From positions 7,165 through 71,164 of the forward strand of contig ONAY01000002.1 in NCBI GenBank assembly GCA_900315895.1: a stretch of DNA of 64,000 bases. The letters run 5' to 3'. The translations under genes were made by a program, and so were the position numbers. Source of the DNA: an uncultured Eubacteriales bacterium (GTDB lineage: Bacteria; Bacillota; Clostridia; Peptostreptococcales; Anaerovoracaceae). Below are positions 8,273 to 18,709 of the stretch, piece after piece. The notes beneath the pieces were generated by a model. The model made no database searches. It was given only the letters and a program-made list of their open reading frames with translations, and was not told the origin of the DNA. How positions within the stretch are numbered: position 1 is the first letter of the stretch; every line of letters starts with the position of its first letter.

Positions 8273-9504
8273 TTGATGGCTTGATAGACCTCGTTAAACA
8301 TTCTCAGAATGAAGTATTCTCTGTTCCATTTACGGCCCCTGCTCTTGATGCGGACTTCGGTAACAGAAGTCTTTCCCTTGTATGTAAGTCCGATGTAAGC
8401 AAGGCCTGCCGGCTTATCAGGGCTGAGATCGTCAGGGCCCGCTACACCTGTGATGGCGACGGCAACGTCTGAACCGGAGACCCTGCTGAGCCCTTCAGCC
8501 ATCTCATAGGCGACTTCCTCTGATTCAGCTGTATATTTTGCGAGAGTTTCCTGAGATACGCCCAGCTCATCCTGTTTTGCCTTGTATGAATAGGTCACCA
8601 GGCCTCTGTCGAATACTGCGGATATTCCCGGAATGTCAGTCAGGGCTTTTGCGAAGCCTCCCCCTGTGCAGCTCTCGGCGCAGGAAATGGATATATTGCC
8701 CTGGATCAGCATCCTGCCGACTACGGACTGTAAGTCCTCATCATCGTAACTGTAGATGTATTCTCCGATGAGTTCAGTCACCTTGTCCACCATTTCATTA
8801 CAGGCTTCCTGGGCTTCTTTAAGGCTGTCACGCTCTGAGGTGATCCTTAAGCTGCACTCCCCTTCCTTGGCATAGGTGGCGATGGTGGGATCTGTCTGTC
8901 CGTCGATGAGAGGAAGAAGGACCGTCTCCATTCTGGATTCACCAAGGCCTATGGTCCTAATGATCCTATAGTAAATGAAATGCTCTCTTCTCGCCTCCAG
9001 AATTGGTCTGACCTGAGTTTCAAACATTTCAGTCATCTCTCTGGGAGGACCGGGCATGGAGATTATGATCTTATCATTCTTGTCGATCATGAATCCCGGG
9101 GCCGAACCGTGAAGATTGGGGAGAACTGTACAGTGGTTCTCCGGGAACCATGCCTGCTTCCTGTTATTCTCAGTCCATGAGTATCCGGAAGATCTGAAGT
9201 GCTCTTTAAGGATCTCCAGTTGATCAGGGTATTCCACCACCTTTTCTCCGAAGAACTCAGAAATTACTTCTTTTGTGAGATCATCCTCAGTGGGTCCCAG
9301 ACCTCCTGTGGTAAGTACAAGATCACAGTCCCGGTAGACGATCCCAAGGAGCTCCTTGAGTCTTCCGGGGTTGTCCCCTACCGTGTAATGGTACATCACA
9401 TCGTATCCCAGATCCTGAAGATTCTTGGAAAGATAAGCTGCATTGGTATTCACTACCTGCCCGAACAATATCTCAGTTCCTACTGTAAGAATCGCTGTTT
9501 TCAT
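8269..9504 (-). CDS. cinA: CinA: competence/damage-inducible protein, nicotinamide-nucleotide amidohydrolase
   Basis: MoCF-binding domain TGGLGPTEDDLT and C-terminal PncC domain SCAESCTGG; conserved pgsA-cinA-recA neighbourhood. Confidence 0.93.
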   Translation of the reverse strand: MKTAILTVGTEILFGQVVNTNAAYLSKNLQDLGYDVMYHYTVGDNPGRLKELLGIVYRDCDLVLTTGGLGPTEDDLTKEVISEFFGEKVVEYPDQLEILKEHFRSSGYSWTENNRKQAWFPENHCTVLPNLHGSAPGFMIDKNDKIIISMPGPPREMTEMFETQVRPILEARREHFIYYRIIRTIGLGESRMETVLLPLIDGQTDPTIATYAKEGECSLRITSERDSLKEAQEACNEMVDKVTELIGEYIYSYDDEDLQSVVGRMLIQGNISISCAESCTGGGFAKALTDIPGISAVFDRGLVTYSYKAKQDELGVSQETLAKYTAESEEVAYEMAEGLSRVSGSDVAVAITGVAGPDDLSPDKPAGLAYIGLTYKGKTSVTEVRIKSRGRKWNREYFILRMFNEVYQAIK

Positions 9505-9514
9505 AAAAACCTCT

Positions 9515-10039
9515 TTAGTCTTTGAATACCTGTTTGTTGTCCAGAACGTACTGAACTCCGGAGACCACTGTCATCACGAGGGATGCCCAAAGCATTACTT
9601 TGGAAATCACTGTGAACCAGTTAAGGTCGATGACCGGGCAAAGCAGAAGCATAGGAACTGCGATCATCTGAAGTACGGTCTTGATCTTGCCGCTCATTGC
9701 AGCTGCGATGACGATTCCCTTGGACGCTGCCACTGTCCTGACTCCCGCCACCAGGAATTCCCTGGCAAGTATGATGATGAGCATCCAGGCAGGCACAGGA
9801 TCCGGCACCATCAGAAGGAAGGCGCTGTATACCAGCACCTTGTCCGCCAGAGGATCCATTATCTTTCCGAAATTGGTGACCAGGTCATACTTTCTCGCGA
9901 TCTTTCCATCCAGCATATCCGTAAGAGATGCCAGAATAAAGATGATAAAAGCGATCAGGTATTGTTCCGTGTAGTAAGAAATTATAAAAAACGGTACTGC
10001 AGCCACTCTTGCCACAGTCAGTTTGTTTGGCAGATTCAT
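9515..10039 (-). CDS. pgsA: CDP-diacylglycerol--glycerol-3-phosphate 3-phosphatidyltransferase
   Basis: CDP-alcohol phosphotransferase motif DMLDGKIARKYDLVTNFGKIMDPLADK; multi-TM. Confidence 0.93.
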   Translation of the reverse strand: MNLPNKLTVARVAAVPFFIISYYTEQYLIAFIIFILASLTDMLDGKIARKYDLVTNFGKIMDPLADKVLVYSAFLLMVPDPVPAWMLIIILAREFLVAGVRTVAASKGIVIAAAMSGKIKTVLQMIAVPMLLLCPVIDLNWFTVISKVMLWASLVMTVVSGVQYVLDNKQVFKD

Positions 10040-11358
10040 TTTATCTCTTCCTCCGTTTCAATTCCTGTAAGATCATAGTCAAATGCATCTTCGATCAAAA
10101 CATTCACGATGTCACCAGGTCTGAGATCCCTTCTCGATGTGAAGAGCACTGAATCATCGATCTCGGGAGCATCGTACATGGTTCTTCCCACGTAGCTTCC
10201 GTCCTCCTCGGAACTGTCCACCATGACCTTTAGTGTCCGTCCCACCAGGGCAGCATTGTGTTCATTGGAGATCTCCATCTGGGCCATCATCACCATGTCC
10301 AGCCTCTCCTGTTTTATATCCTCAGGGATCTGATCTTCACGGTCACCTGCAGGAGTTCCCTCCTCCTGTGAATAGCTGAAGACTCCCAGCCTCTGGAACT
10401 TCTGAGTCCTGACGAAGTCCATGAGATCGGCGAAATCTTCATCTGTCTCTCCCGGGAAGCCCACGATCAATGTAGTCCTGATGGTTATGTCCGGCATAGC
10501 CTTCCTGAGCTTCGCCATGGTAGTCCTTATGGATTCCCCGGTGGACCTTCTTCGCATCTCCTTAAGGACCTTATCAGAGGAGTGCTGGATGGGAACATCG
10601 ATATAGTGGCAGATCTTGGGCTCTTTTGCCATGACAGATATGAGATCGTCAGTGATTCTGTCCTCATAGCAGTACATGAGCCTGATCCATTCTATTCCGT
10701 CAATCTTGACAAGTTCCCGCAAAAGATCCGCCAGCCGGTATGAATCATAGATATCGGTACCGTAATTTGTCAGGTCTTCGGCTATGAGAATAAGTTCTTT
10801 AACGCCGGAGGATGCGAGGTACCTTGCTTCTTCCAGGACGTCTTCCTTCTTTTTGGATCTGTAGCCTCCCCTTATGTAGGGAATGGCACAGTAGGCGCAT
10901 CTGTTATCGCAGCCCTCTGCTATCTTAAGTGTAGCAGAATAGGGATGCTCTCCCAGATCCCGCTTTAAGAAGGGCAAAAAACTATCGTAAGTCTCTGAGA
11001 TATCCACCTTTGTTTCGGGCATCTCTTTCAGGAGTTCGGGAAGTCTTCCGTACTCGTTGACTCCGATGAAGAGGTCCACTTCAGGCATCTCTTCTTTAAG
11101 GTCAGATGCGAATCTTTTTGGAAGGCATCCTGATACCACCAACTTCTGTTTGTCTTCCTTGGAATCGGCGAGTTCAAGTATCCTCTGAATGGACTCTCTT
11201 TTGGCATCATCTATGAAACCGCAGGTGTTGACGATGATCACATCGGAATCCTCGGGATCATCTGTCATGGTATATCCCTCTGTCTCCAGGAGATATTTTG
11301 CGGCACCTGTGTCATAAAAGTTCTTGGGGCAACCAAGAGTATCAAAATATATTTTCAT
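10036..11358 (-). CDS. rimO: Ribosomal protein S12 methylthiotransferase RimO
   Basis: TLGCPKN / NTCGFI N-terminal Cys set, radical SAM CDNRCAYCAIP, C-terminal TRAM domain. Confidence 0.92.
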   Translation of the reverse strand: MKIYFDTLGCPKNFYDTGAAKYLLETEGYTMTDDPEDSDVIIVNTCGFIDDAKRESIQRILELADSKEDKQKLVVSGCLPKRFASDLKEEMPEVDLFIGVNEYGRLPELLKEMPETKVDISETYDSFLPFLKRDLGEHPYSATLKIAEGCDNRCAYCAIPYIRGGYRSKKKEDVLEEARYLASSGVKELILIAEDLTNYGTDIYDSYRLADLLRELVKIDGIEWIRLMYCYEDRITDDLISVMAKEPKICHYIDVPIQHSSDKVLKEMRRRSTGESIRTTMAKLRKAMPDITIRTTLIVGFPGETDEDFADLMDFVRTQKFQRLGVFSYSQEEGTPAGDREDQIPEDIKQERLDMVMMAQMEISNEHNAALVGRTLKVMVDSSEEDGSYVGRTMYDAPEIDDSVLFTSRRDLRPGDIVNVLIEDAFDYDLTGIETEEEIK

Positions 11359-11365
11359 ATCAGCT

Positions 11366-13978
11366 TCAGTTGGTCTCCATCTCTTCCTGGTGTTCCTTTA
11401 ATTCTTCGAATTCTTCTCTGGTCATGAGGACCTTTCTTGGGCTGGAACCGTCCTGAGGACCTACCACGCCCATGTCTTCCATGATGTCAACGATTCTGGC
11501 AGCCCTGTTATATCCTATTCTGAACCTTCTCTGAAGAAGGGAAACTGAGGCTTTGCCTGAATCGATAACACATTCGATGGAATCCATGAGAAGTTCGTCG
11601 GTATCAGGATCCTGTTCCTTGCCGCTCTTGGGGTCCACATTGGAGCGTTCCATTCTTTCCAGGATCTCGATCTGCTTCTCGTTATTATTGGTCTCTATGG
11701 CCTGTTTCTTGACATAGTCAATGACTGCGTTGACCTCTCTGTCAGAGACGAAGCAGCCCTGTACACGGGTAGGCTCGCTCTGGCCCATGGGGCTGAAGAG
11801 CATGTCGCCCTTTCCGATGAGCTTCTCAGCGCCCTTTTCGTCAAGGATGGTCATGGAGTCCACATGGGAGGATACCGCAAAGGCGATCCTTGAAGGAATG
11901 TTTGCTTTGATTACACCGGTGATGACATCAACTGACGGTCTCTGGGTAGCTACGATAAGGTGCATTCCGGCAGCTCTTGCCTTCTGGGCGATCCTCATAA
12001 TGGAATCCTGCACCTGTTTGGATGCGGCCATCATAAGATCTGCCAACTCATCTATGACTATTACCACCTGTGGCATCACCTTGTCCGGTTCTCCGTTCAT
12101 GGTGACAAGTTCATTGTATGAGGCCAGATCTTTTGCGCCTTCAATGGAGAACTTGTTGTATCTCTCCTCCATCTCGGCAACTCCCCAGTTAAGGGCGGCT
12201 GCAGCCTTTGTGGGATCTGTGACCACGGGGACATACAGGTGAGGTATTCCGTTATAGTTGCTGAGCTCTACGACCTTCGGGTCGATGAGGATAAGCTTGA
12301 CCTCATCCGGACTCGCCTTGTAAAGAAGGGATGTGAGGATGGAGTTGATGCATACGGACTTACCGGAACCTGTAGAGCCTGCGATCAGAAGGTGAGGCAT
12401 GGCTTTAAGGTCTGCTACAACTGCATTTCCGCCGATATCCTTACCGAGAGCGATGGATATCTTGGACTTGGCGTTTTTGAAGTTATCTGAATCTATGATC
12501 TCTCTGATGTATACCGGAGAGGATTTCTCATTCTCGATCTCGATGCCGATGGCGGCTTTTCCGGGAATGGGAGCCTCGATCCTTATGCTCTTTGCCCTGA
12601 GGTTCAGCGCTATATCGTTTGCAAGAGAAACGATCCTAGCCACCTTAACTCCGAAGGCCGGCTGTACCTCGTATCTGGTGACGGAGGGTCCCTGCGTGAC
12701 CTGGATAACTGAAGCATCTACGCCGAAGGACTTGAGAGTCTCTTCCAGCTTCTCTGCCCTGGCCTGCAGAGTCTGAACGGATTCCTTGGCGCCTGCAACA
12801 GGCTTGTCCAAAAGATTGATGGGCGGCATCTTATACTTCTTAGGAGCCTTGGCGCGATTGATCTCTTCCTGTGAGAGCATTGCCTGTGAGGCCTCTTGCT
12901 TTGAGATGGCTTTGACGTGCTCTTTGTCAGGTGTGGATGCCTGCTCCTTCACGGGCTCAGGTTCCTTTTCGGACACTCTGCTGTCAACATCGTCATATTC
13001 AGGTGAGGGTGAATCTCCTTCAAGCCCGAAGCCCTGTTTCGTTTCTGATCTGCCATCCAGACCGGTGGAATCAGATCTTTCAGTCTTACCGAAAAGATTA
13101 TCGCTGTTAAGCAGGCTCAATATCCCTGCCTGCTTCTTATCCTTCTTGCTCGTGGGATTGACTATCTCAGAAATGGGTACATAGACATCCTCTTTTCCGG
13201 ATGCGACTCCAATCTGGTCAGAAGTCTTTACAGGGATCTCTCTTCTCGGCATATCCTCTTTTGAAGGCTTCTTAACAGTAGGCCAGGGATCGTGGGGTAC
13301 GCTGTCGTATGCGTTGGCAAAGTTTTCGGCATCGTCCAGATGCGCGTTCTCCTTTACGAGCTTGTGCTCCTCGATCTTTTCTCCCATCTTTTGAAGGCCC
13401 TTGGAGATAGGTGTGTTTATGATAAGAAGAAGACAGATCAAAGTGACCACGATGCAGAATATCCAGCTTCCAATGCTTCCCAGCCACTGAAGGACAGCCT
13501 GGGCGATCAGCATTCCGAAAAGTCCGCCGGACACCAGAGTGGTGCCGTCATTATAGAACTCAGGAACGTTGAATAAACCCCAGTGAATCTTTTCAACATC
13601 GATGAACCTTATGGAATTCATGGTGCAGACCATGAAGATCATGAGGATGAGAAGCAGCAATGTCTTCACGTTAAAGTGAGATGTCTTCTTTGCGAACAGA
13701 AGGACACCGAATACAATAAGTATGATGGGAAATACCTTGGCCATCTGACCGAAGAGTCCCTGCATCACTTCTTTGAGTATTTCACCGAGAGCCCCTGCTC
13801 CTCCTGTGAAGATGCTTACTGCGAAGAAAATACCCAGGGCTATGGTGATTATCGCCCAGATCTCGTCTACGACCCGCTTGTCGGCTTTTCTCTTTTCCTG
13901 TATCTCCTTGGCTTTCTGCCTGGCCTTGGAGTGCGGATCGTTCTTGGCGTTTTTAGTCTTTGCTTGCGACTTAGCCAT
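11366..13978 (-). CDS. ftsK: DNA translocase FtsK/SpoIIIE
   Basis: N-terminal TM helices, Walker A GSTGSGKSVCIN, ATQRPSVDV, gamma winged helix LLQRRFRIGYNRAARIVD. Confidence 0.97.
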   Translation of the reverse strand: MAKSQAKTKNAKNDPHSKARQKAKEIQEKRKADKRVVDEIWAIITIALGIFFAVSIFTGGAGALGEILKEVMQGLFGQMAKVFPIILIVFGVLLFAKKTSHFNVKTLLLLILMIFMVCTMNSIRFIDVEKIHWGLFNVPEFYNDGTTLVSGGLFGMLIAQAVLQWLGSIGSWIFCIVVTLICLLLIINTPISKGLQKMGEKIEEHKLVKENAHLDDAENFANAYDSVPHDPWPTVKKPSKEDMPRREIPVKTSDQIGVASGKEDVYVPISEIVNPTSKKDKKQAGILSLLNSDNLFGKTERSDSTGLDGRSETKQGFGLEGDSPSPEYDDVDSRVSEKEPEPVKEQASTPDKEHVKAISKQEASQAMLSQEEINRAKAPKKYKMPPINLLDKPVAGAKESVQTLQARAEKLEETLKSFGVDASVIQVTQGPSVTRYEVQPAFGVKVARIVSLANDIALNLRAKSIRIEAPIPGKAAIGIEIENEKSSPVYIREIIDSDNFKNAKSKISIALGKDIGGNAVVADLKAMPHLLIAGSTGSGKSVCINSILTSLLYKASPDEVKLILIDPKVVELSNYNGIPHLYVPVVTDPTKAAAALNWGVAEMEERYNKFSIEGAKDLASYNELVTMNGEPDKVMPQVVIVIDELADLMMAASKQVQDSIMRIAQKARAAGMHLIVATQRPSVDVITGVIKANIPSRIAFAVSSHVDSMTILDEKGAEKLIGKGDMLFSPMGQSEPTRVQGCFVSDREVNAVIDYVKKQAIETNNNEKQIEILERMERSNVDPKSGKEQDPDTDELLMDSIECVIDSGKASVSLLQRRFRIGYNRAARIVDIMEDMGVVGPQDGSSPRKVLMTREEFEELKEHQEEMETN

Positions 13979-13999
13979 TTAAATACCTCTTTTTATAGT

Positions 14000-14839
14000 T
14001 TACTTTAAAATAAATATGTTAAGTATGACAACCACCGCTGCAAGTGCGAACAGATAGAATGAGAAGTACTTGAGTTTGCGGTTCTGTACTATCTTGAGCA
14101 TGATCTTGATGGCGAAGAGACCGCAGAGGAATGATACGATCACTCCTACGATCACGGGACCCAGCTCCCCTGCTCCAAGTCCTGACTTGATTCCATCGGG
14201 AAGTTCAAGGATAACTGATCCCAGGATGGTAGGTATGGAGATCAGGAACACGTATTTAACTGCAAACTTCCTGTCCAGCTGGACCAGAAGGGATGAGAAC
14301 AGTGTGGAACCGGATCTTGAAATACCGGGGATGATGGCGATACCCTGAACGACTCCTATGAAGAGAGCGTTTCTCACGTTCATGTTTTCTATGGTGCGGT
14401 TTCCTGTGCCGATGCTTTCGGCAATCAGAAGCATTATGCCTGTCACCACGAACATGCATGCGATGATGATGGGCTTAGAGTACATTCCTTCGAAAACGTC
14501 TCCGAACACAAAGCCTATTATAGCTGTGGGAATACAGGAGATGATGATCATTACACCAAGCTTCCTGACCGGGCGTTCGTTCAATCTAAGGCCCTTGCCC
14601 TTTGTAAGATCAGCCAATGTGAGGAACAGTTCCTTTACCAACTCCACTATGTCCTTCCAGAAGCAAACGAACACAGCGATAAGGGTCCCGAAGTGAAGAA
14701 GCACGGCGTAAAGCACCACTGCGTCCTCCTTGATCCCGAAGAAATTCTCCAAAAGAGCAAGATGCCCCGAAGAAGATATGGGAAGGAATTCCGCAAGTCC
14801 CTGCACAAGTCCAAGTATTATAGCATGTAAATAAGTCAT
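14000..14839 (-). CDS. uppP: Undecaprenyl-diphosphate phosphatase
   Basis: LAEFLPISSSGHLAL and IPGISRSGSTL BacA/UppP motifs; 8 TM. Confidence 0.93.
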   Translation of the reverse strand: MTYLHAIILGLVQGLAEFLPISSSGHLALLENFFGIKEDAVVLYAVLLHFGTLIAVFVCFWKDIVELVKELFLTLADLTKGKGLRLNERPVRKLGVMIIISCIPTAIIGFVFGDVFEGMYSKPIIIACMFVVTGIMLLIAESIGTGNRTIENMNVRNALFIGVVQGIAIIPGISRSGSTLFSSLLVQLDRKFAVKYVFLISIPTILGSVILELPDGIKSGLGAGELGPVIVGVIVSFLCGLFAIKIMLKIVQNRKLKYFSFYLFALAAVVVILNIFILK

Positions 14840-14843
14840 GATC

Positions 14844-15488
14844 TCAATTCTCCTTTATAGCATTATGTTTAAACCAGTTACAGTATTCGTTTATGGGACA
14901 TGTATCGCACTTCGGTCTCTGGGAACTGCAGATCCTTCTCCCGTGAAATATCAATAGATGATGGGCTTCAGTCCATCTGTCAGAAGGTATGGCCTTCATC
15001 AGAGCCTCTTCTGTAGAGAGAACATCCTTTTCATGAGCCAATCCTATCCTGTTGGATACCCTGAACACATGGGTGTCCACAGCTATCCTCTGTTCTCCGA
15101 AGCCCTCTGCCAGAACTACATTTGAGGTCTTGCGTCCCACTCCCGGAAGACTCATGAGTTCTTCCATGGTGCCGGGGACCTGACCATTGAATTCCAGGGC
15201 AAGTTTTCCCGAAAGTGCAATGATGTTTTTTGCTTTGGTTCGGTACATCCCGATGGTTCTTATGATCTCCTGGACATCAGTTTCATCTGCGGATGCAAGG
15301 CTTACCGGATCAGGGTACTTGCTGAAAAGCAACGGTGTCACCTTGTTTACTGACTTATCCGTGGTCTGGGCAGAGAGGACGACAGATATGAGAAGCTGAA
15401 ATCTGTTGCCGTAATCCAGGGCGCATCCGGCCTCAGGATAGGTCTCTTTTAATATGTCAAGTACTTTTACTACGTCTTTATTCTTCAT
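14844..15488 (-). CDS. nth: Endonuclease III
   Basis: HhH-GPD LMSLPGVGRKTSNVVL, catalytic VDTHV, Fe-S cluster C-x6-C-x2-C-x5-C (CSSQRPKCDTCPINEYC). Confidence 0.95.
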   Translation of the reverse strand: MKNKDVVKVLDILKETYPEAGCALDYGNRFQLLISVVLSAQTTDKSVNKVTPLLFSKYPDPVSLASADETDVQEIIRTIGMYRTKAKNIIALSGKLALEFNGQVPGTMEELMSLPGVGRKTSNVVLAEGFGEQRIAVDTHVFRVSNRIGLAHEKDVLSTEEALMKAIPSDRWTEAHHLLIFHGRRICSSQRPKCDTCPINEYCNWFKHNAIKEN

Positions 15489-15547
15489 TGATTTTATCCA
15501 CAGCCAGTGCTAAAATTGTATACGATTTGATCTTTATGGAGGAAATC

Positions 15548-16216
15548 ATGGCTGAAATCGATTATTTATCCAGGGTATTGCCCGAATCATTATCTCCTCA
15601 GGAGGCCGCAAAACAACAGATCACCATTGATATCCTTACCGGCACCATTCATCCGGGTCAGAGGCTGATCGAAAGCAAGCTTTGTGACCGTTTCGGTCTT
15701 TCCAGGCCTCCCTTAAGGGAGATCATCAATCAGCTTGCCTCTGAAGGGTTCGTCGACCTAATTCCCAACAGAGGTGCCTTCGCTGCAAGCTTCGATTCCA
15801 GGATCGTCGGAGACATCCTCTTTCTGAGGAATCTGCTCTATCCTCAGGCTGTACGCTGGGCCATAGAGAGGATAACCTCAGATGAATTAGAAGTTCTCAT
15901 GGAGACCTTCAGTTTTATAAGCTTCTATACACCTACAGGCAATATCGACAAGCTTCTGAGATTCACAGAAGGTTTCGACCGTCTTATGTACAGAGCATGT
16001 AAGGATCCGGAAGTCAGGCGCACTCTGGAAAAGTATGATCTGATCCTTAAATATACATACCAAGGAGCAAGTCTTCCGGGAAACTATGCCGAAAGCCTTC
16101 TCAGCGAATACAAGGCGATCTATGATGCCTTCACCTCCAAGAATCCTTCCGCCGGAGCTGAGGCTGCCAGAAAGCATCTGTTCTACAGCACCCTCCGCGC
16201 CAGCCGCAAGGTATGA
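15548..16216 (+). CDS. GntR-family (FCD-type) transcriptional regulator
   Basis: wHTH ESKLCDRFGLSRPPLREIINQLASEGFVDLIPNRGAFA, helical FCD-like C-terminus. The ORF-track start at 15488 is TTG. The ATG at 15548 follows GGAGGA; the ATG at 15536 is an alternative. Confidence 0.82.
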   Translation: MAEIDYLSRVLPESLSPQEAAKQQITIDILTGTIHPGQRLIESKLCDRFGLSRPPLREIINQLASEGFVDLIPNRGAFAASFDSRIVGDILFLRNLLYPQAVRWAIERITSDELEVLMETFSFISFYTPTGNIDKLLRFTEGFDRLMYRACKDPEVRRTLEKYDLILKYTYQGASLPGNYAESLLSEYKAIYDAFTSKNPSAGAEAARKHLFYSTLRASRKV

Positions 16217-16933
16217 TCACATCAAAATATTCATCAGTGCGGATACTATAGGCGATATTATACGTCCGGTCAGACCGAATATGATTATCACCATGAGGAT
16301 CAGGGATCCCCTTCTGTATACCGGAAGCCACCAGTCGTACTTCTTTAGATTGAACAGCTGAGTGACTATTCCCCATCCGTCCAAAGGAGGACAAGGGATA
16401 AGGTTGAATACCATGAGAAGGATATTCATATATACCACGTACACGCATATCATGTACAGATAGTAGATCGCATCCGATGCTCCGCTCTGATAGGTGGCAG
16501 CAATTCCCTTAGCTATAAAAGAGAATATGATGGCAACCACCAGATTGACGGTAACGCCGGCTATAGAGACGATGAACTCGTCTCTTCTTTTGCTTTTGTA
16601 GAAGACAGGGTTTATCTCTACAGGTCTTCCCCATCCGAACCCTGCGATCAACAGGAACAGAAAACCCATCGGATCAATATGTCTAAGAGGATTAAGGGAC
16701 AATCTGCCCTGTGCCTTTGGAGTGGGATCCCCTAACCAATATGAGGTGTAGGCATGACCTGCCTCGTGAAGAGAAATGCCGATGACTATCCCGGGAAGCA
16801 TCAGAATTCTTGAAATAATGGCTTCACCCAGGTCTTCTGTTCCGTTCAGCACCCGTTCTACTATCAGTATTCCTATGAAGACCCAAAACAGTGGGTCCAT
16901 ACTATTAAAAAATCTTTTGATCTTATCCAGCAT
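16217..16933 (-). CDS. M50 (site-2 protease family) membrane metalloprotease
   Basis: HEAGHAY zinc motif and NLIPCPPLDGW. Start set to the ATG at 16933 (MLDKIKRFF), just after the upstream stop at 16941. Confidence 0.85.
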   Translation of the reverse strand: MLDKIKRFFNSMDPLFWVFIGILIVERVLNGTEDLGEAIISRILMLPGIVIGISLHEAGHAYTSYWLGDPTPKAQGRLSLNPLRHIDPMGFLFLLIAGFGWGRPVEINPVFYKSKRRDEFIVSIAGVTVNLVVAIIFSFIAKGIAATYQSGASDAIYYLYMICVYVVYMNILLMVFNLIPCPPLDGWGIVTQLFNLKKYDWWLPVYRRGSLILMVIIIFGLTGRIISPIVSALMNILM

Positions 16934-16940
16934 AAAACTA

Positions 16941-17999
16941 TTATCCTTCGTAAAGGATGCGCATGATAGAACCATATGTTCCCGCATCCAGATCAGGTTC
17001 CTGGGCATTATCCTGCCCGGGGTAACTGTTTCCTTCTATGAGGAGGGGTCCCTTGTCAGCGCTTACTGCCACGTCCCAGCCTACATAGCCAACCTGAGGA
17101 ACAACTCTCGCAGCATCGTCCACCAGCTGAACTATCTGATCCCACAGAGGGATCTGGAAGCCCTTAAGGGTGATCCCTGACTCAGGCACAGTCTTATATA
17201 CCCCTCTTTTCTTATCGTAGCCGTCAGAGATGACAACTCCGGTGTTCAGGTCATACACGACGCCGATGCCACCTGCATTGAAGTTGTCCACGAATATACC
17301 GTTCTGTCCCATTCTGATACCGCCGGCAACGATCTTGACAACGTCACCCTTAAGTATGGTTATGACTCTGATGGTATTGACGGAGGTGGAACAGAGAAGG
17401 TCCATGGTCTCGTGCTGCCTTACAACCTCCTCTACCAGGGGTTTTGAATCCATTACGAGATGGTCGTAAAGCTTTTCAGGATCCCAGTCGGATACTTTTA
17501 TCTTTTCTATCCCTGTGCCGCAGCTGAGTCCAAGGGGTTTGGCGATGATATATTCTTTATCACTTATAAAGGCTTTAAAATCATCTAAGCCTTTTCCCTC
17601 CACTCTGGCCTCAGGAGGAAGAGCCGTGCCCTGTGTCTCGCCATACATTACACCCTCGCCCACCAGCATCCAGTCTCTCTTTATGAAGTCCGAAAACTTC
17701 TTGTTGAACATGGCCTTGCTTTCGAAGTAATTGATGTACCTCGGGTCGTTGAACTGCTTATAAAGCTTGTTATTCTTTCCGACCGTAAGGATCTCCGCCC
17801 TCTGTTTGCTGTTCTTTTCATACATTCTGAAAGCTTCGTAGTCCACATGACCTGAGCCATATTTCAGAGTGCAGAAATAGATGTCAAGGAGAACGGCTCT
17901 CCAGGGCTTCCCTGTGATGGCCGAGACTCTCTTGGCGGTCTGGGTGAAGCGGGAAAGGTCAAGTCCCTTTAATTTTTTGAGGTAGAACGAAAGGTTCAT
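16941..17999 (-). CDS. ATP-grasp ligase, sugar-transfer-associated type (ATPgrasp_ST-like)
   Basis: N-terminus LLDIYFCTLKYGSGHVDYEAFRMYEKN...FNKKFSDFIKRDW and the C-terminal GWDVAVSADKGPLLIEGN pattern are typical of this family as I recall it. 4-nt overlap with the upstream gene. Confidence 0.68.
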   Translation of the reverse strand: MNLSFYLKKLKGLDLSRFTQTAKRVSAITGKPWRAVLLDIYFCTLKYGSGHVDYEAFRMYEKNSKQRAEILTVGKNNKLYKQFNDPRYINYFESKAMFNKKFSDFIKRDWMLVGEGVMYGETQGTALPPEARVEGKGLDDFKAFISDKEYIIAKPLGLSCGTGIEKIKVSDWDPEKLYDHLVMDSKPLVEEVVRQHETMDLLCSTSVNTIRVITILKGDVVKIVAGGIRMGQNGIFVDNFNAGGIGVVYDLNTGVVISDGYDKKRGVYKTVPESGITLKGFQIPLWDQIVQLVDDAARVVPQVGYVGWDVAVSADKGPLLIEGNSYPGQDNAQEPDLDAGTYGSIMRILYEG

Positions 18000-18709
18000 A
18001 GGGTCCTCCTAAGCTCTCTGAGCCTGTATTCATAGGCTTCCATGGCTTCTTTCTCGAAGGGTATCTTATCCTTCAGACCGAGAAGTCTCAAGATGTATTT
18101 AAGGAAATGAGGGTTCATGATGAAGCATGGTCCAAGGGAATAGGTTGCAAAGAAATTCTTTACATGCACCCCTTCTCTCTTGGTGTCCGGATTCATGCCG
18201 ATGCCCTTATATATCTCGATGAAATAGTTGTCAAAATCACCGTAGCTGAAGCTGTACTGGCTCCTGTGTCCGAGAAGGATCATTCCATCAAAATATCCGA
18301 TATACTGGGAATTGTGGCGCATCTCCTTCATGTGTCTCACTGACTTATAGTCGAAGATGGAAAGGCCTCTGATGAAGATCTTTTCGTCGCTCATCACCTC
18401 GTCCCCTTCAATGGCGGTACCGAAGATCTCAAGAGCGTTTCCCGTTACAAGGAAGATCACGCCCTTCTGGATCGCATCGATGAGCTGGTCCCTGTAAGGC
18501 ATAAGAAGTTCCATGGTCTTCTCCTGCTTTTCCTCGGTCATGCAGCCCATGTAGACCATGTCCGCCTCCCCCTTGGCAAAGAGAGGCACGTCTCCGGGAT
18601 GAGTCTCAACTATGTTGATCTCATCGCTGCATCTTTTCAGATACTCCATATTGTAGCTTTCACCATAGATATTGGTGTATTCAGGAAAGATAAATTCTAC
18701 GTTCTTCAT
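17996..18709 (-). CDS. GatD/CobQ-type glutamine-amidotransferase-like protein, apparently lacking the catalytic Cys and His
   Basis: Collinear with GatD (DMVYMGCMTEE, LIDAIQKG, REGVHVKNFFATY). The nucleophile elbow reads VTGNALEIFG (Gly90) and the His position reads YSLGP (Leu192). Confidence 0.7.
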   Translation of the reverse strand: MKNVEFIFPEYTNIYGESYNMEYLKRCSDEINIVETHPGDVPLFAKGEADMVYMGCMTEEKQEKTMELLMPYRDQLIDAIQKGVIFLVTGNALEIFGTAIEGDEVMSDEKIFIRGLSIFDYKSVRHMKEMRHNSQYIGYFDGMILLGHRSQYSFSYGDFDNYFIEIYKGIGMNPDTKREGVHVKNFFATYSLGPCFIMNPHFLKYILRLLGLKDKIPFEKEAMEAYEYRLRELRRTL

